Source of the DNA: a virus
Taxonomy: Duplodnaviria; Caudoviricetes
Virus record (IMG/VR): IMGVR_UViG_3300036045_000022
Span: 1 to 47,260 of that record
DNA: 47,260 nt
Direction: 5' to 3' (one strand)
The notes beneath the pieces were generated by a model. That model had not been told where the DNA came from, searched no databases, and was given only the letters and a program-made list of their open reading frames with translations. This document shows, piece after piece, positions 18,769 to 29,226 of this stretch (position 1 is the stretch's first letter; every line of letters begins with the position of its first letter). The translations under genes were made by a program, and so were the position numbers.

Positions 18769-19107
18769 ATGTTCAAGCTAGCGCAGTCCCCGGAGTTCTG
18801 GGCGCGGGTGACGTTCGACCTTCAAACGGACGATGGGAAGCGTGTGCCAGGCGCGTTCGATTTGCGCTTCAAGCGCATGTCGGTGACCGCGCTCCGCGAG
18901 CTGTCCGAGCAGCAGCGCGACAGCGGCGCTGACGACCGCGCGTTCCTGCGCGAGATCGTGACCGACTGGCGCGGCGTCGCGGACGAGGACGGCAGCGAGG
19001 TTCCGTTCACCAAGGACGGACTGGATGGCCTGTTCGAGCGCGGCCTCTCGCCCGCGATCCTTGCGGCCTTCTATCGCGCGCTGCCGAAGGCGAAGGAAAA
19101 AAACTAG
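18769..19107 (+). CDS. tail assembly chaperone (G-like)
   Basis: GGAGG SD; DW.GV.DEDG.EVPF; ends in a slippery A AAA AAC TAG. Confidence 0.85.
   Translation: MFKLAQSPEFWARVTFDLQTDDGKRVPGAFDLRFKRMSVTALRELSEQQRDSGADDRAFLREIVTDWRGVADEDGSEVPFTKDGLDGLFERGLSPAILAAFYRALPKAKEKN
19098..19104 (+). other. -1 programmed frameshift slippery heptamer A AAA AAC
   Basis: The -1 frame is open and continues into ORF 19170..19484. Confidence 0.8.
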
Positions 19108-19484
19108 CGGAGGTCGCCGAATTCTGGGCGCGCGGCCCGCAGGGCGACCCCGAGCATCTGGCCGAGCAGTTGCGGGCGTTCGGAGCGCCCGAGGAAGTGA
19201 TCGAGCGCGAGGTCGATGCAGAGTCCGCGGCGGCCATCTTCGAGGTTCACCCGGACAACGCGCAGATTGTCGCGGCCTTCTTGACGTTGCAGACGCAGTG
19301 GCGGGTGATCGGCGGCGGCATGGGATTCGTCTATCAGGGAATCGACTACACGGCGGTGCCGGCGGTGCTGGCGCTGCTCGATGTGCCGCGCCGTGAGCGC
19401 GCGGAAGTGTTCATCGGCCTGCGGGTGATGGAGGCGAGCGCGATACCGTTTCTGAACGCGCGCAGCAAGGGCGACGACGAATGA
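19104..19484 (+). CDS. tail chaperone frameshift extension (GT-like, DUF1799-like)
   Basis: TQWR...G.DY.AV...GLRVME motifs; open from the slippery site. Confidence 0.8.
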   Translation, partial: LAEVAEFWARGPQGDPEHLAEQLRAFGAPEEVIEREVDAESAAAIFEVHPDNAQIVAAFLTLQTQWRVIGGGMGFVYQGIDYTAVPAVLALLDVPRRERAEVFIGLRVMEASAIPFLNARSKGDDE

Positions 19485-22400
19485 GCGACATCTCGTTCGG
19501 GATTCGCCTCACCGCGGACGGCTCGGGCTTCGTCGGCAACGTGCGCGTCGCGCGCGAAGAGCTGGAGCGCCTGACCAACGCTGCGGGGAAGGGTGCCGAT
19601 CCCGTGCAGCGCATGGGCGACTCGATGGGTGTCGCCAGCACCAAGGCTGTTGCGCTCGGCGCGGCCATCGGCACGTTCGCGGTGGATGCGGTCCGGGCGC
19701 TGGCGAATGCGGCCACCGCGGGCCTGCGCGCTGCCGATGCCATCGAGGGCCTGTCGCAGTCGAGCGGCGCGTCGGTCGAGCGGATCTCGCGGCTCGCGAA
19801 CGTGGCCTTCGTCGGCGGGACCAGCTTCGAGCAGTTCGAGCGTGCGGTGTTGAGGGTCGCGGCCAATCTGAACGGGGTCGACGAGGAATCGAATAAGGCG
19901 CAGCGCGCGATGGCGGCGCTCGGCGTCACCACGAAAGACCCAGCGCAGGCGCTGGAGCAGCTGGCGAAGAGGCTGAACGAATACGCCGACGGCGCGGGAA
20001 AAGTGGAGGCGGTCAACGCGATCTTCGGCCGCGAGGGCGCGAAGATGATCCCGCTGCTGAACGACCTGGCCACCAAGACGGACGTGCTCGGCACCACGAC
20101 AGCCGAGCAGGTGGCGCAGGCGAAGCGCCTCGGCGAGGAGTGGCGGCGGCTACAGATCGAAGGGGGAGCGCTGCGGGATTCGATTCTGGGCGCCATCGTG
20201 CCGGCGGTCGCCGATCTTCTGGAATCGTTCCGCGAGGGCATCCGGCTCGCAGGCGACTTCTGGGGAGCCATGAGCCTGTTCAGTTCGGCGGGCTGGTTCG
20301 AGAAACCGCGTGATGGCATCACCAAGTACACCGCTGATATCGAGAAGTTGAAGGAAGCTAACGACGACCTGATGGCGCAGGGCGAGAAGTATGCCGCGCG
20401 CGAGATCGAGATCAACAACAACGCGATCGCGCAGATTCAGAAGAAGATCGAGTACCTGAAATTTCTGGAGCGGCAGGAGGCCAACCGGCTGATCGCGGCC
20501 AACAACGCGGACCAGAACGATCGCATCGCCGGGCGCAAGCCGGGGCTGAACATCGACCTTGGCAAGGACGGCAAGGCGAAGAAGGAGGTCGACGACTACC
20601 GCAAGGCCATCGAGGACGTAGGCAAGGCGCTCGCGGCGGCGGAGCTCGAGCAGCAGGAGTTCTTCCGTACCGACAAGATCACCAAAGCCGAGAAGGCGCT
20701 GGCGGCGCTGATGGAGAGCGACCGCTGGAAGAAGTACACCGCCGAACAGAAGAGCGCCATCGAGGCCAACTACGCCTATGTGGCGTCGGTCGAGAAGCAG
20801 ACCGACTCGATGGAGGAAGCGGCCCGGTCCGCGGCGCGCATGGCGGCCGAGCGCGCGCGGGAGCAGGAGCAATGGGAGCGCGCCGTTCGCGATGTGGCGC
20901 AGGCCACCGACGAACTTGTTGACCGGCTGAACTTCGAGGCGCGGTCCATCGGGTTGACCAACGAACAGCGCGAGCGGCAGATCGCGTTGAAGGAACTCGA
21001 CAAGGCCCGCAGCGAGGGCCTCATCAAGACCGAGGAGGAATACCTCGCGATGGTCTCGCGGATCAACGAGGCCTTCAACAACCGCGATGCGGCGGCGGCG
21101 ATGGCGAATGCCATGCAGGCGCAGAAGGATGCGTGGATCGCGGCCTACAACGAGATCGCGAGCACGATCACCGACGCGATGACCAGCGCGTTCTTCGACA
21201 TGCAGAACGCGGCGAAGTACCTGCGCTCGGCGCTCACCCAGATTTTCGGAAACTTCGTGGTGCGGCCGATCATCGCGGCCGTGGTGTCGCCGCTGGCCGG
21301 CGGGATCACCAACGCGGTAGCCGGATCGATCAACGGCGGGAACGGCGGCGGACTGCTCGGGAGCATCTTCGGCGGCACCGGTGGCGGTGGCGGCGGCCTC
21401 AACGTGCTGTCGAGCCTCTCCGGCCTTGGCAATCTGGCCGGCGGCGGCATCTTCGGCGCGGGTGGCGCGCTCAACAGCTTCGCGACGGGCGGCATCGGCC
21501 AGGCTCTGGGGCTGTCGTCGGCCGGACTCGATGCCGCTGGCGGCGTGGCGCTGACCGGGCTTGGATCGACCCTCGGTGCGGTGCTGCCGATGATCGGCGT
21601 GGCGGTGGCGCTGGCGGGTGCTCTCGGGGCCTTCAAGAAGGGCGGCGGTCCCAAGACCGGCGGCTTCGCGTCGATAGGCGACATTGCTGGCATCGGCCGC
21701 ACGGACTCGACGGGTCGCTGGTTCACGCCGAACCAGAAGGACAGCGACGTGCAGAGCATCGTGAATGCCACGTCGCAGTCGTACACCAAGCTCGTGTCGG
21801 CGCTCGGCGGCAGCGGGAGCGCGGGCTTCGCGCTTGGATTCGATACCGACCCGCAGGGCAGCGCGCCGAATCGCCTGCATGCGGGCGCGTTCGTGAACGG
21901 GCGTCAGGTCTACGATGCCGCGCTCGGCGACCTCGGCAAGGACGAGGCGGCGCTGCAAGAGCGATTGACCCTCGAAAGCAAGCGCGCGCTGCTGGCGGCG
22001 TTGCAGGCATCCGATCTTCCGGCGGCGGTGGCGGGCGCGCTCAATGGGCTGCTCGCCGAGTCGGCCACCGAGGCGCAGATCGATGACGTGTTGAAGCTTG
22101 GCGGGGCCATGAAAACGCTCATGGACGCGCTGGATGGCGATGTAGTGGCGGCCGCGACCGAGCGATGGGATCAGGCCGGGCGATCGCTCACGGAAGTGCT
22201 GCGGGATCAGGGCGCCAACGTGGAGAAGCTCGCGGCCGAGTACGACGGCACGGCGGCGTCGGCGGAGGCGCTTGCCAGCGCCACGATGGCCTATCGCGAG
22301 GCCACCGTGCAGGCGCTGATCGGCATCAAGCAGTTGCAGAAGGAATTGTCGGCGCTGTTCGCCGACTCGCGCGAGCAGATCGAGTTGGCCGGGTTGAGCG

Positions 22401-22843
22401 ACGACGAAAAGTATTCGTTCTACCAGCAGCGCGCCGCGGACCTGTTCACGAAGATCGGCCAGACGGACGATCCCGCGCTGGTCGCCGAGTACGCCTCCAA
22501 GATCAACGAGTACATGCTGGCGGCGTTCGGCGTGCTCTCCCCGGATGAGCAGTTGTCGAGCAAGCAACTGTTCCTCGAAAGCCTGAACGAGCTTGACCGG
22601 CTCACCAACGACCGGCTCTCGTCTATCGCGCAGGCCATCGCCGACGACACGGCGAACCCCTTTGCGGCGGTGCAGGGCGTGCTCGATGGTGCGGCGGCTG
22701 TGATGCAGGACGCGGCAGGAACGCAGAGCGCGGCTGCCGGAGCCATGCAACAGGCGGCGGCAACCATCGCGGCGGCGGCGGATCGCCTGGCCAACATCAC
22801 GATCAAGGTCGATGCCTCCGGCTACGAATTGGTGAACGGATGA
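19481..22843 (+). CDS. tail tape measure protein
   Basis: 1120 aa, Ala-rich helical, follows the chaperones. Confidence 0.92.
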   Translation: MSDISFGIRLTADGSGFVGNVRVAREELERLTNAAGKGADPVQRMGDSMGVASTKAVALGAAIGTFAVDAVRALANAATAGLRAADAIEGLSQSSGASVERISRLANVAFVGGTSFEQFERAVLRVAANLNGVDEESNKAQRAMAALGVTTKDPAQALEQLAKRLNEYADGAGKVEAVNAIFGREGAKMIPLLNDLATKTDVLGTTTAEQVAQAKRLGEEWRRLQIEGGALRDSILGAIVPAVADLLESFREGIRLAGDFWGAMSLFSSAGWFEKPRDGITKYTADIEKLKEANDDLMAQGEKYAAREIEINNNAIAQIQKKIEYLKFLERQEANRLIAANNADQNDRIAGRKPGLNIDLGKDGKAKKEVDDYRKAIEDVGKALAAAELEQQEFFRTDKITKAEKALAALMESDRWKKYTAEQKSAIEANYAYVASVEKQTDSMEEAARSAARMAAERAREQEQWERAVRDVAQATDELVDRLNFEARSIGLTNEQRERQIALKELDKARSEGLIKTEEEYLAMVSRINEAFNNRDAAAAMANAMQAQKDAWIAAYNEIASTITDAMTSAFFDMQNAAKYLRSALTQIFGNFVVRPIIAAVVSPLAGGITNAVAGSINGGNGGGLLGSIFGGTGGGGGGLNVLSSLSGLGNLAGGGIFGAGGALNSFATGGIGQALGLSSAGLDAAGGVALTGLGSTLGAVLPMIGVAVALAGALGAFKKGGGPKTGGFASIGDIAGIGRTDSTGRWFTPNQKDSDVQSIVNATSQSYTKLVSALGGSGSAGFALGFDTDPQGSAPNRLHAGAFVNGRQVYDAALGDLGKDEAALQERLTLESKRALLAALQASDLPAAVAGALNGLLAESATEAQIDDVLKLGGAMKTLMDALDGDVVAAATERWDQAGRSLTEVLRDQGANVEKLAAEYDGTAASAEALASATMAYREATVQALIGIKQLQKELSALFADSREQIELAGLSDDEKYSFYQQRAADLFTKIGQTDDPALVAEYASKINEYMLAAFGVLSPDEQLSSKQLFLESLNELDRLTNDRLSSIAQAIADDTANPFAAVQGVLDGAAAVMQDAAGTQSAAAGAMQQAAATIAAAADRLANITIKVDASGYELVNG

Positions 22844-23370
22844 GGAAGCTCTCCACCGGGTTCACCACCGAAGCGGCCAAGACGATCACGTCGCCGGGGC
22901 TGCTGGTCGAGATCGATTTCCCGTCGCCGTTCCGCGTGTCGAGCCGAGGCGACGTGACATGGGATGGCAAGGTCTTCATCGAGTACGGGCTGCGCACGGA
23001 AGGGCTCGTCTCCGATGGCGCGCAGGCGACGCTCGCGGGCACGCTGGTATTCGATGACCCCACGCTCGCGCTGGCGACGCTGGTGCTGCAACAGGGCGTC
23101 GCGGATCGCGCCGTGCGCGTGTGGCCGTTCTATGGCGAGACGCCGGGCCTGTTCGATCCGCTGTACCTCTTCGAAGGCGTGGGTGACGACGCGGAGATCG
23201 ATCCAACAACGGGGCGCGTGAGCATCACCATCATGCAGGGCGGCGGCTCCACGCTCTTTGCGCCGCGCTCGTACATCACGCGCGAGAGCGGCTTCAACTG
23301 GATCGCGCCGCGCGGCACGCTCGTGTCATGGAACGGCGAGGTTTTCCAATTGGAGCCGGAGCGTGGCTAG
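22840..23370 (+). CDS. minor tail protein
   Basis: Synteny, ATGA coupling. Confidence 0.65.
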   Translation: MRKLSTGFTTEAAKTITSPGLLVEIDFPSPFRVSSRGDVTWDGKVFIEYGLRTEGLVSDGAQATLAGTLVFDDPTLALATLVLQQGVADRAVRVWPFYGETPGLFDPLYLFEGVGDDAEIDPTTGRVSITIMQGGGSTLFAPRSYITRESGFNWIAPRGTLVSWNGEVFQLEPERG

Positions 23371-23686
23371 TTATCCGTCCCTCCCCATGCGCAAGGGATC
23401 GCAGGAGAAGTGGGTCGATGACCTCTCCGCGGATCGGGCCGTGAACGGCTCGGTGCGTGCGCGCGCGTTCTTCACCGCGAAGAAGCGGACCTTCATCATC
23501 CGGCACCTGCTGAATCTCACGGATCGCGGGACGCTGGAAACGTTCTACAACGCGAACCGCCTGCTGGTGCTCACGATGACGTGGCCTCCGGATGGCGTCA
23601 CCTACTCGTGCGTGTTCGGACGCCCGCCGCAGTACACCCACGGCTCGGTGCTTACCGAGGTCGAAGTGGAGCTCTTGCAGATATGA
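23363..23686 (+). CDS. distal tail-like protein (lambda gpM-like)
   Basis: GTG start with GGAG upstream; L.TFY...TW.PDG..Y.C.F pattern. Confidence 0.6.
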   Translation: MASYPSLPMRKGSQEKWVDDLSADRAVNGSVRARAFFTAKKRTFIIRHLLNLTDRGTLETFYNANRLLVLTMTWPPDGVTYSCVFGRPPQYTHGSVLTEVEVELLQI

Positions 23687-26600
23687 AGCGCACCACGCGG
23701 CCCGTGATTCCGAATTCGACCGGCGGTCGAGGCGGATTCCCGATCCCGAACAAGCGGCCGCCGCCTCCCGTGACCAACTCGGGCCGGACCAACGCGCCGC
23801 CACCGGTTATCACGCCACCAGCCACGACGCTGCGCATCGTCAACGTCGGCGAATTGCTCGCGGCGCAGTCGGCCACGCTGGCCAAGACAGCATCGAGTTC
23901 CGGGCCGCAGCAGCAGACCGTGGCGGGGGATGGCTCGCTGGTCCCTGTCTGCTACGGCAAGCGGCGGGTCGGCGCAAGGATACCGACCGTGCTGACGTAC
24001 AACGGCAATCTGGTGCTGCTGTGCGTGTGGGCGCTCGGCGAGATCGATGCGGTGGAGTCGGTGCAGATCAACGATGCGGCGATCCCCGCAGGCGTGACCG
24101 TCACGAGCTACCTTGGCACCAGCACCCAGAACGCCGACGCTACGCTTGTCGCAGCCTTCGCGGCGCAGGGCAAGACTTACGCGGACAACCTGCGCGGGGT
24201 CGCCTACTCGGTCGTCAACGTCTCGTCGTCGGCCGCTGTAACCGGCTTCCCGCGATGCTCCGCGGTGATACGCGGCCAGAGGGTGAATCAGGCGCATCTG
24301 GCCTATGTGCAATTGAACGGCTCGTCGCAATTCGCCAGCACGCCCGACACCACGAATACGCGCGTCAACGAGGACTTTGAGATCGAGGCCTGCGTCTCGC
24401 TCAACGATTGGACCCCTGCCGCGGTGGCGACGCTTGTCTCGAAGTGGCAGCCGACCGGCAACTTGCGCGCCTACGCGCTGCGCGTGCTGACCGGCGGCGC
24501 TCTCGAATTGCTGATCTCCGGCAACGGGACCGCGTTCAACACCTATACGTCGAGCGCGGCCACAGGTATCGCGGACGGCACGCGCGCGTGGATCAAGGTC
24601 GAGTTCGTGAAGAACAACGGGGCGAACAGCACCGCCAAGTTCTTCACGAGCACCGACGGAATCGCCTACACGCAGCTCGGGACCACGCAAACTGCGGCCA
24701 CGGTCGCAACGATCTTCGCCTCCACCTACGAGACGCGCATCGGCAATGATGCGGCTGGGGCGCTCCTGGCCGGCAAGGTCTGGTTCGTGCGCCTCGACAC
24801 TCCCACGAAGCGAGTGCTGGACTTCCTTCCGTGGAACCAGACTGCTGGTCTCGCGTCGTGGGTCGGGGATGCCGCGGAGACGTGGACGCTGCAATCGAGC
24901 GCCGTCATCAACACCGGCATGCTCGCCTATTCGGTCTCACCGGCCTATGCGGTGGCCGACCTGATCCGCAGCGCGGGATATGGGATGTCGCGTCGCGTGG
25001 ACCTGCGCACCGCCTTGCTGCTCTACGAGCGCAACGCCGAGGTGATCGGGTCTGGTGGAGCCACAGAAGCGCGCCACGAGTTCGGGATGCTTCTCGACTC
25101 GTCGCGCAAGTGCGAGGAATGGCTGCTCGTGCTCTGCGACTACGCGCACTGCTGGGCGGTGCGCGAGGGCAACACCTACGTTCTGATCCGTGACGCGAAC
25201 GACGGCGTGGCGGCGACGTTCGACTCTGGTTCCATCGTGGCCGATTCGATGCGCGTCTCCAAGCGCGGCGCGCGCGACCAGCCCACGTGCGTGGAGGTGA
25301 CGTACACCAACGTCGCCACGACTCCTTGGCGCGACGACACCGTAACGCAATACCTGCCGGGCGTTCTCGGCGGCAGCGTTCCGCGGCGCATGCAACGCAT
25401 TTCCAAGACGGGCCTCACGCGCTACAGCGAGGCCAACCGCTGCGCCATTGAAAAGCTCAACGAGTCCACGCTGATCGACACGCTGATCAGCTTCGTCGCC
25501 TTCGATGAGGCGGCCAACATCCGCGTCGGTGATCTCGTTGCGGTGAACCATCCCATCGGCTTCGGTCCGGTCACCGGCTATCCCACCGGCAAGCCGTTCC
25601 GCGTGATGCGCAGCGAGCCGATTGCGCCGGGCCGCTGGCGGCTCTCGTGCACGGAGTTCGACCCCGGCATCTACTCGACGGTCGTGGAGACGGGACCGAC
25701 GCTCGTTGACACGGTGCTCCCGAATCCCGCGAATCCGCCGCAGCTCGCCGGGCTTGCGGCGACCGAGGACGTGGTGCAGACCAAGGACGGCCTCTACGTC
25801 TCGCGCATCCGCTTCGATTGGGCCGACCCGGCCACGTTCCCGTTGGCGTTCATCCGCTCGTATCGGGTTCAGATCCTAGACAACTCGGTGGTGCCTGCGG
25901 TGCTCGTGCACACGAGCGACTCGAGTTCGCGCCCGGTGGTCAGCCCGCCGCTGAAAGAATTGGTGCCGTACATCGTGCGTGTGGCAATCGTGAGCACGGT
26001 TGGCGCGGTCGGTCCCATCGCGTCGGTGAACCTTATCCCGCAGGGCAAGTATCTCCCGCCGGGCGACGTGTCGTCGCTGGTGGGTTTCGAGGCCGGCGGC
26101 CGGGTGTTCCTCTCGTGGGCGGCGGCAATCGATCTCACGCTCGACACCATCCGCTACGAGATTCGCTACGGTGCGGTGTCGAGCAATTGGGACGTGGCCT
26201 CGCGCGTGGATCGCGTGTCGGCGCTGTCGTATGGCACGCCCGGCTTCCCGAGCGGCACCTACCGCTTCTTCGTGAAGGCACTGGATAGCGTCGGCAACTA
26301 CTCGGCGAACGCGGCCTTCGTGGACGTGACGGTGAGCGTGGACGCGGCGGCGTTCAGCGCCTACACCTACCTGAACCAGAACGTCGAAGCGCTGGCGATG
26401 ACCGAGAACTTGATCGCCGGCAACCGCATTGCCACCACGGATTGGGGCGACGCGATCGGCTACGGCCACTCCACGCAACTGAACACGTCGGGGCTGTGGG
26501 ACGACGGCACGGTGCCTGCATCGACGGTAGGCACGCAGCCGCACCGGCAGGGCCTTCTGTTCTCGCCGAGCGTGCCGCGCTACGTCACGGTCCCATACGT

Positions 26601-28347
26601 GGCCTCGCACAACGTGGGCAACACCTTCTATATCGAGGCATGGGTCTATCCGCTGTCGAACGACGCGACCGGGCGTTCCGTGTTCTCCGCTCGCACCAAC
26701 AACGATGCCGGTGGGTGGGATTTGCGCGTCACTGACGGCACTCTGCTCATCACCGGCGCGGGCACGTTCTTGTCGCGGAGCGTGGAGACGCTGCCCCTGT
26801 TCAAGTGGTCGCACGTTGCCGCGAAGGTCACGTCGAACACGAATCACCAGCTGTATATCAACGGGAAGGAAGTCACCTACTCGACCGGGCCTTCCACGTC
26901 GTTCACCTACGCCAACAACACCAACCAGCGGTGGATCGGCGGCATCCGCACGGGCGCAGTCTTTGCCTTCGACGGGCTGATCCTGCGCGTCAAGCTCTGG
27001 AACACCGCCCTGTCGGACGCGAATCGCCTGATCTCGATGCAGTACGACAGCGATCCCACGAGCATCGGCGGCATGGTGGGCTGCTGGCAGGGCGCGGCGA
27101 ACGGCGAAGGCAGCACGTCCACGACGTACACGGACAGCGGCACGGGCGCGAGCAACGGCACGGTGACGCCCTCCGCGATCTGGCGCTCGTGGTCAGAGAC
27201 ATTGGCGCAGACCATCGATCTCGGGCAGGTGATCAACGGCACGTTCACCGTGAGCGGCGGCGATCCGACGTCGCTCTCTGGCGCGGTCGGTCCGCTGATC
27301 CGGCTCTCGCTCGACGCCGTGTCGTGGACGACGTACCAGCAGCCGACCGTCGTCGCCAGCGCGCGCTTCTTCAAGTACGGATACGAGGCGCAGGGCGGCA
27401 GCATGTCGGTGAACCTCACCACGATGCGCGGCGACGTGCTCGTCACTCCGCGCGTCGAGGCGCAGACGATCACGTGCGCGGCGAGCGGCATCCAGACCGC
27501 CGTCTTGGCCGGTCTCTACGCGAAGGTGATCGACCTGCAAGTGACGCCCGCCGGCACACCGAATGCGTGGTTCGCGGTGCCGGACCAGATCGAAGTGGGT
27601 CCGAAGGGAATCGCAGGCGGCGTCAAGGTTGGCCGGTTCGGCACCGGCGCAGGCCCGGTCGGTCGCGGGACGCGCGCGTCGCTGGTGATGTCGTCGACGG
27701 TCACCGTCGAGTGCTGGATGAAGATCGAAGTCGTCGGCTCGGCGGTCTTCAACATTCCGTGGTGCATCGAAAGCGACAGCAATCCGGGCGCGCACCGCCT
27801 CGTCTTCTATCACAACACTACGAGCCCGACCGACGGCATCGTCTACATGGAGGGCAGCGTCACCGGCTCGGTCCAGTTCTTTTTGAGCGGGGTCGCCACG
27901 AGGCCCCCGCCGCAAGGGCAGTGGACCCACATCGCGGTGGCGATGAACGGCTCGGCCTGTTCGCTTTATTACGACGCCGTGCTCGTCGGCACGTGCACGT
28001 TCGCATCGGCCGCCTCGACATCGACCGCGCGCGTGTGGACCGTCGGCGGCACCGCGAACACGTTCAACTTTCTAAGCGGGAAGCTCTACGAGCTTCGCGT
28101 GTGGAACGTGGTCCGCACGCCGACCGAGATCGCCAACAACTACAAGACGCGCGTCGCAACCGATTCGAATCTGAAGGTGTACCTGAAGGTGGACGGCAAC
28201 CTGCTCGACAGCAGCGGTAACGCCAACGACTACACCGCAGCCGGGACGGTGGACTACCGCCCGCTCAACGGATTCGACGTGTACCTCTTCAACAACTCGG
28301 CGGCGCGCCAAGCGGGCGACGTTCGCTGTCGCTGGACGGGAGCCTGA
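23683..28347 (+). CDS. tail tip/host-specificity protein with FN3-like and three LamG-like domains
   Basis: VPVCYG..RVG and GEIDAV hub motifs; FN3-like YEIRYG and FFVKALD.VGN; three LamG-like segments. Confidence 0.85.
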   Translation: MKRTTRPVIPNSTGGRGGFPIPNKRPPPPVTNSGRTNAPPPVITPPATTLRIVNVGELLAAQSATLAKTASSSGPQQQTVAGDGSLVPVCYGKRRVGARIPTVLTYNGNLVLLCVWALGEIDAVESVQINDAAIPAGVTVTSYLGTSTQNADATLVAAFAAQGKTYADNLRGVAYSVVNVSSSAAVTGFPRCSAVIRGQRVNQAHLAYVQLNGSSQFASTPDTTNTRVNEDFEIEACVSLNDWTPAAVATLVSKWQPTGNLRAYALRVLTGGALELLISGNGTAFNTYTSSAATGIADGTRAWIKVEFVKNNGANSTAKFFTSTDGIAYTQLGTTQTAATVATIFASTYETRIGNDAAGALLAGKVWFVRLDTPTKRVLDFLPWNQTAGLASWVGDAAETWTLQSSAVINTGMLAYSVSPAYAVADLIRSAGYGMSRRVDLRTALLLYERNAEVIGSGGATEARHEFGMLLDSSRKCEEWLLVLCDYAHCWAVREGNTYVLIRDANDGVAATFDSGSIVADSMRVSKRGARDQPTCVEVTYTNVATTPWRDDTVTQYLPGVLGGSVPRRMQRISKTGLTRYSEANRCAIEKLNESTLIDTLISFVAFDEAANIRVGDLVAVNHPIGFGPVTGYPTGKPFRVMRSEPIAPGRWRLSCTEFDPGIYSTVVETGPTLVDTVLPNPANPPQLAGLAATEDVVQTKDGLYVSRIRFDWADPATFPLAFIRSYRVQILDNSVVPAVLVHTSDSSSRPVVSPPLKELVPYIVRVAIVSTVGAVGPIASVNLIPQGKYLPPGDVSSLVGFEAGGRVFLSWAAAIDLTLDTIRYEIRYGAVSSNWDVASRVDRVSALSYGTPGFPSGTYRFFVKALDSVGNYSANAAFVDVTVSVDAAAFSAYTYLNQNVEALAMTENLIAGNRIATTDWGDAIGYGHSTQLNTSGLWDDGTVPASTVGTQPHRQGLLFSPSVPRYVTVPYVASHNVGNTFYIEAWVYPLSNDATGRSVFSARTNNDAGGWDLRVTDGTLLITGAGTFLSRSVETLPLFKWSHVAAKVTSNTNHQLYINGKEVTYSTGPSTSFTYANNTNQRWIGGIRTGAVFAFDGLILRVKLWNTALSDANRLISMQYDSDPTSIGGMVGCWQGAANGEGSTSTTYTDSGTGASNGTVTPSAIWRSWSETLAQTIDLGQVINGTFTVSGGDPTSLSGAVGPLIRLSLDAVSWTTYQQPTVVASARFFKYGYEAQGGSMSVNLTTMRGDVLVTPRVEAQTITCAASGIQTAVLAGLYAKVIDLQVTPAGTPNAWFAVPDQIEVGPKGIAGGVKVGRFGTGAGPVGRGTRASLVMSSTVTVECWMKIEVVGSAVFNIPWCIESDSNPGAHRLVFYHNTTSPTDGIVYMEGSVTGSVQFFLSGVATRPPPQGQWTHIAVAMNGSACSLYYDAVLVGTCTFASAASTSTARVWTVGGTANTFNFLSGKLYELRVWNVVRTPTEIANNYKTRVATDSNLKVYLKVDGNLLDSSGNANDYTAAGTVDYRPLNGFDVYLFNNSAARQAGDVRCRWTGA

Positions 28348-28350
28348 ACC

Positions 28351-29226
28351 ATGCCCTACAACCCCTTCGTCGCGACCAACCCGGCGATCTCGCAGACGCG
28401 CCAGAACATCGTCGATACGTCGCGCGTCAACCTCGTTGCGCTGCGCGACGGCGTGATCATCGGCCGCATCAACGGGTGGACGCTCTCCGTCTCTGGCGGC
28501 ACCGCCGAGGAGCCGAGCATCCGCCTGTGGAGCAACGGCACCGAGCGCCTGCGCGGGACGTACACCTACTCGGCGGGCTTCGTGACGCAGGTCGTGTGGG
28601 AATACTCGTCAAACAGCGGCAGCAGCTACGACGCGATTGCCACCGAGACGTGCACCTACGACGGGTCGAACAACGCGACCGGCGGCAACAACTCGGGTGT
28701 GCTGTCGTGGCTCTGGGAGTGGATCGGCAAGCTGAAATCGCTGCGCACGTCGTACAACGCGCACGCGGCCGCGACTGGAACCGCGGTGCATGGCCTCGGC
28801 ACCATGAGCACGCAGAGCGCGGCGAGCGTGGCGATCACCGGCGGCAACATCGACAACACGACCATCGGCGGAACGACTCGCGCCATCGGCACGTTCAAGC
28901 AGGCGCGCGAAGTGCACGTCGCCGTCTCGTTCTCTGGCGGCGCGACCATCGACTGGTCGGCGGGCGGCTCACATGACTTCACCGCGAGCGGCAGCGGCGC
29001 GGCGACGCTCACCTTCTCCAACATGCCTCCCAGCGGCATCGCCGCTTCGATCATCTTGGACGTGACGAACGGCGGTCTGCGCACCTGGACGTATCCGAGC
29101 GGGACCAAGTGGGCGAACGGCACCGCGCCGACACTCACGTCGAGCGGCCGCGACATCCTCCAGTTCTACACGCGGGACGGCGGCACGACGATCCACGGAT
29201 TCATGGCGTCGAAGGATTCGCGCTGA
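28351..29226 (+). CDS. tail fibre protein
   Basis: GLGTMSTQ.A..VAITGG.I and KW..GTAPTLT..G.DIL.FYT.DGG motifs. Confidence 0.75.
   Translation: MPYNPFVATNPAISQTRQNIVDTSRVNLVALRDGVIIGRINGWTLSVSGGTAEEPSIRLWSNGTERLRGTYTYSAGFVTQVVWEYSSNSGSSYDAIATETCTYDGSNNATGGNNSGVLSWLWEWIGKLKSLRTSYNAHAAATGTAVHGLGTMSTQSAASVAITGGNIDNTTIGGTTRAIGTFKQAREVHVAVSFSGGATIDWSAGGSHDFTASGSGAATLTFSNMPPSGIAASIILDVTNGGLRTWTYPSGTKWANGTAPTLTSSGRDILQFYTRDGGTTIHGFMASKDSR

Noticed and set aside
20150-22750. 866-aa minus-strand ORF and similar long antisense ORFs (17174..18769, 38572..39984, 44005..45465)
   Set aside because: Shadow frames of GC-rich genes with no recognisable motifs, opposite well-supported genes.
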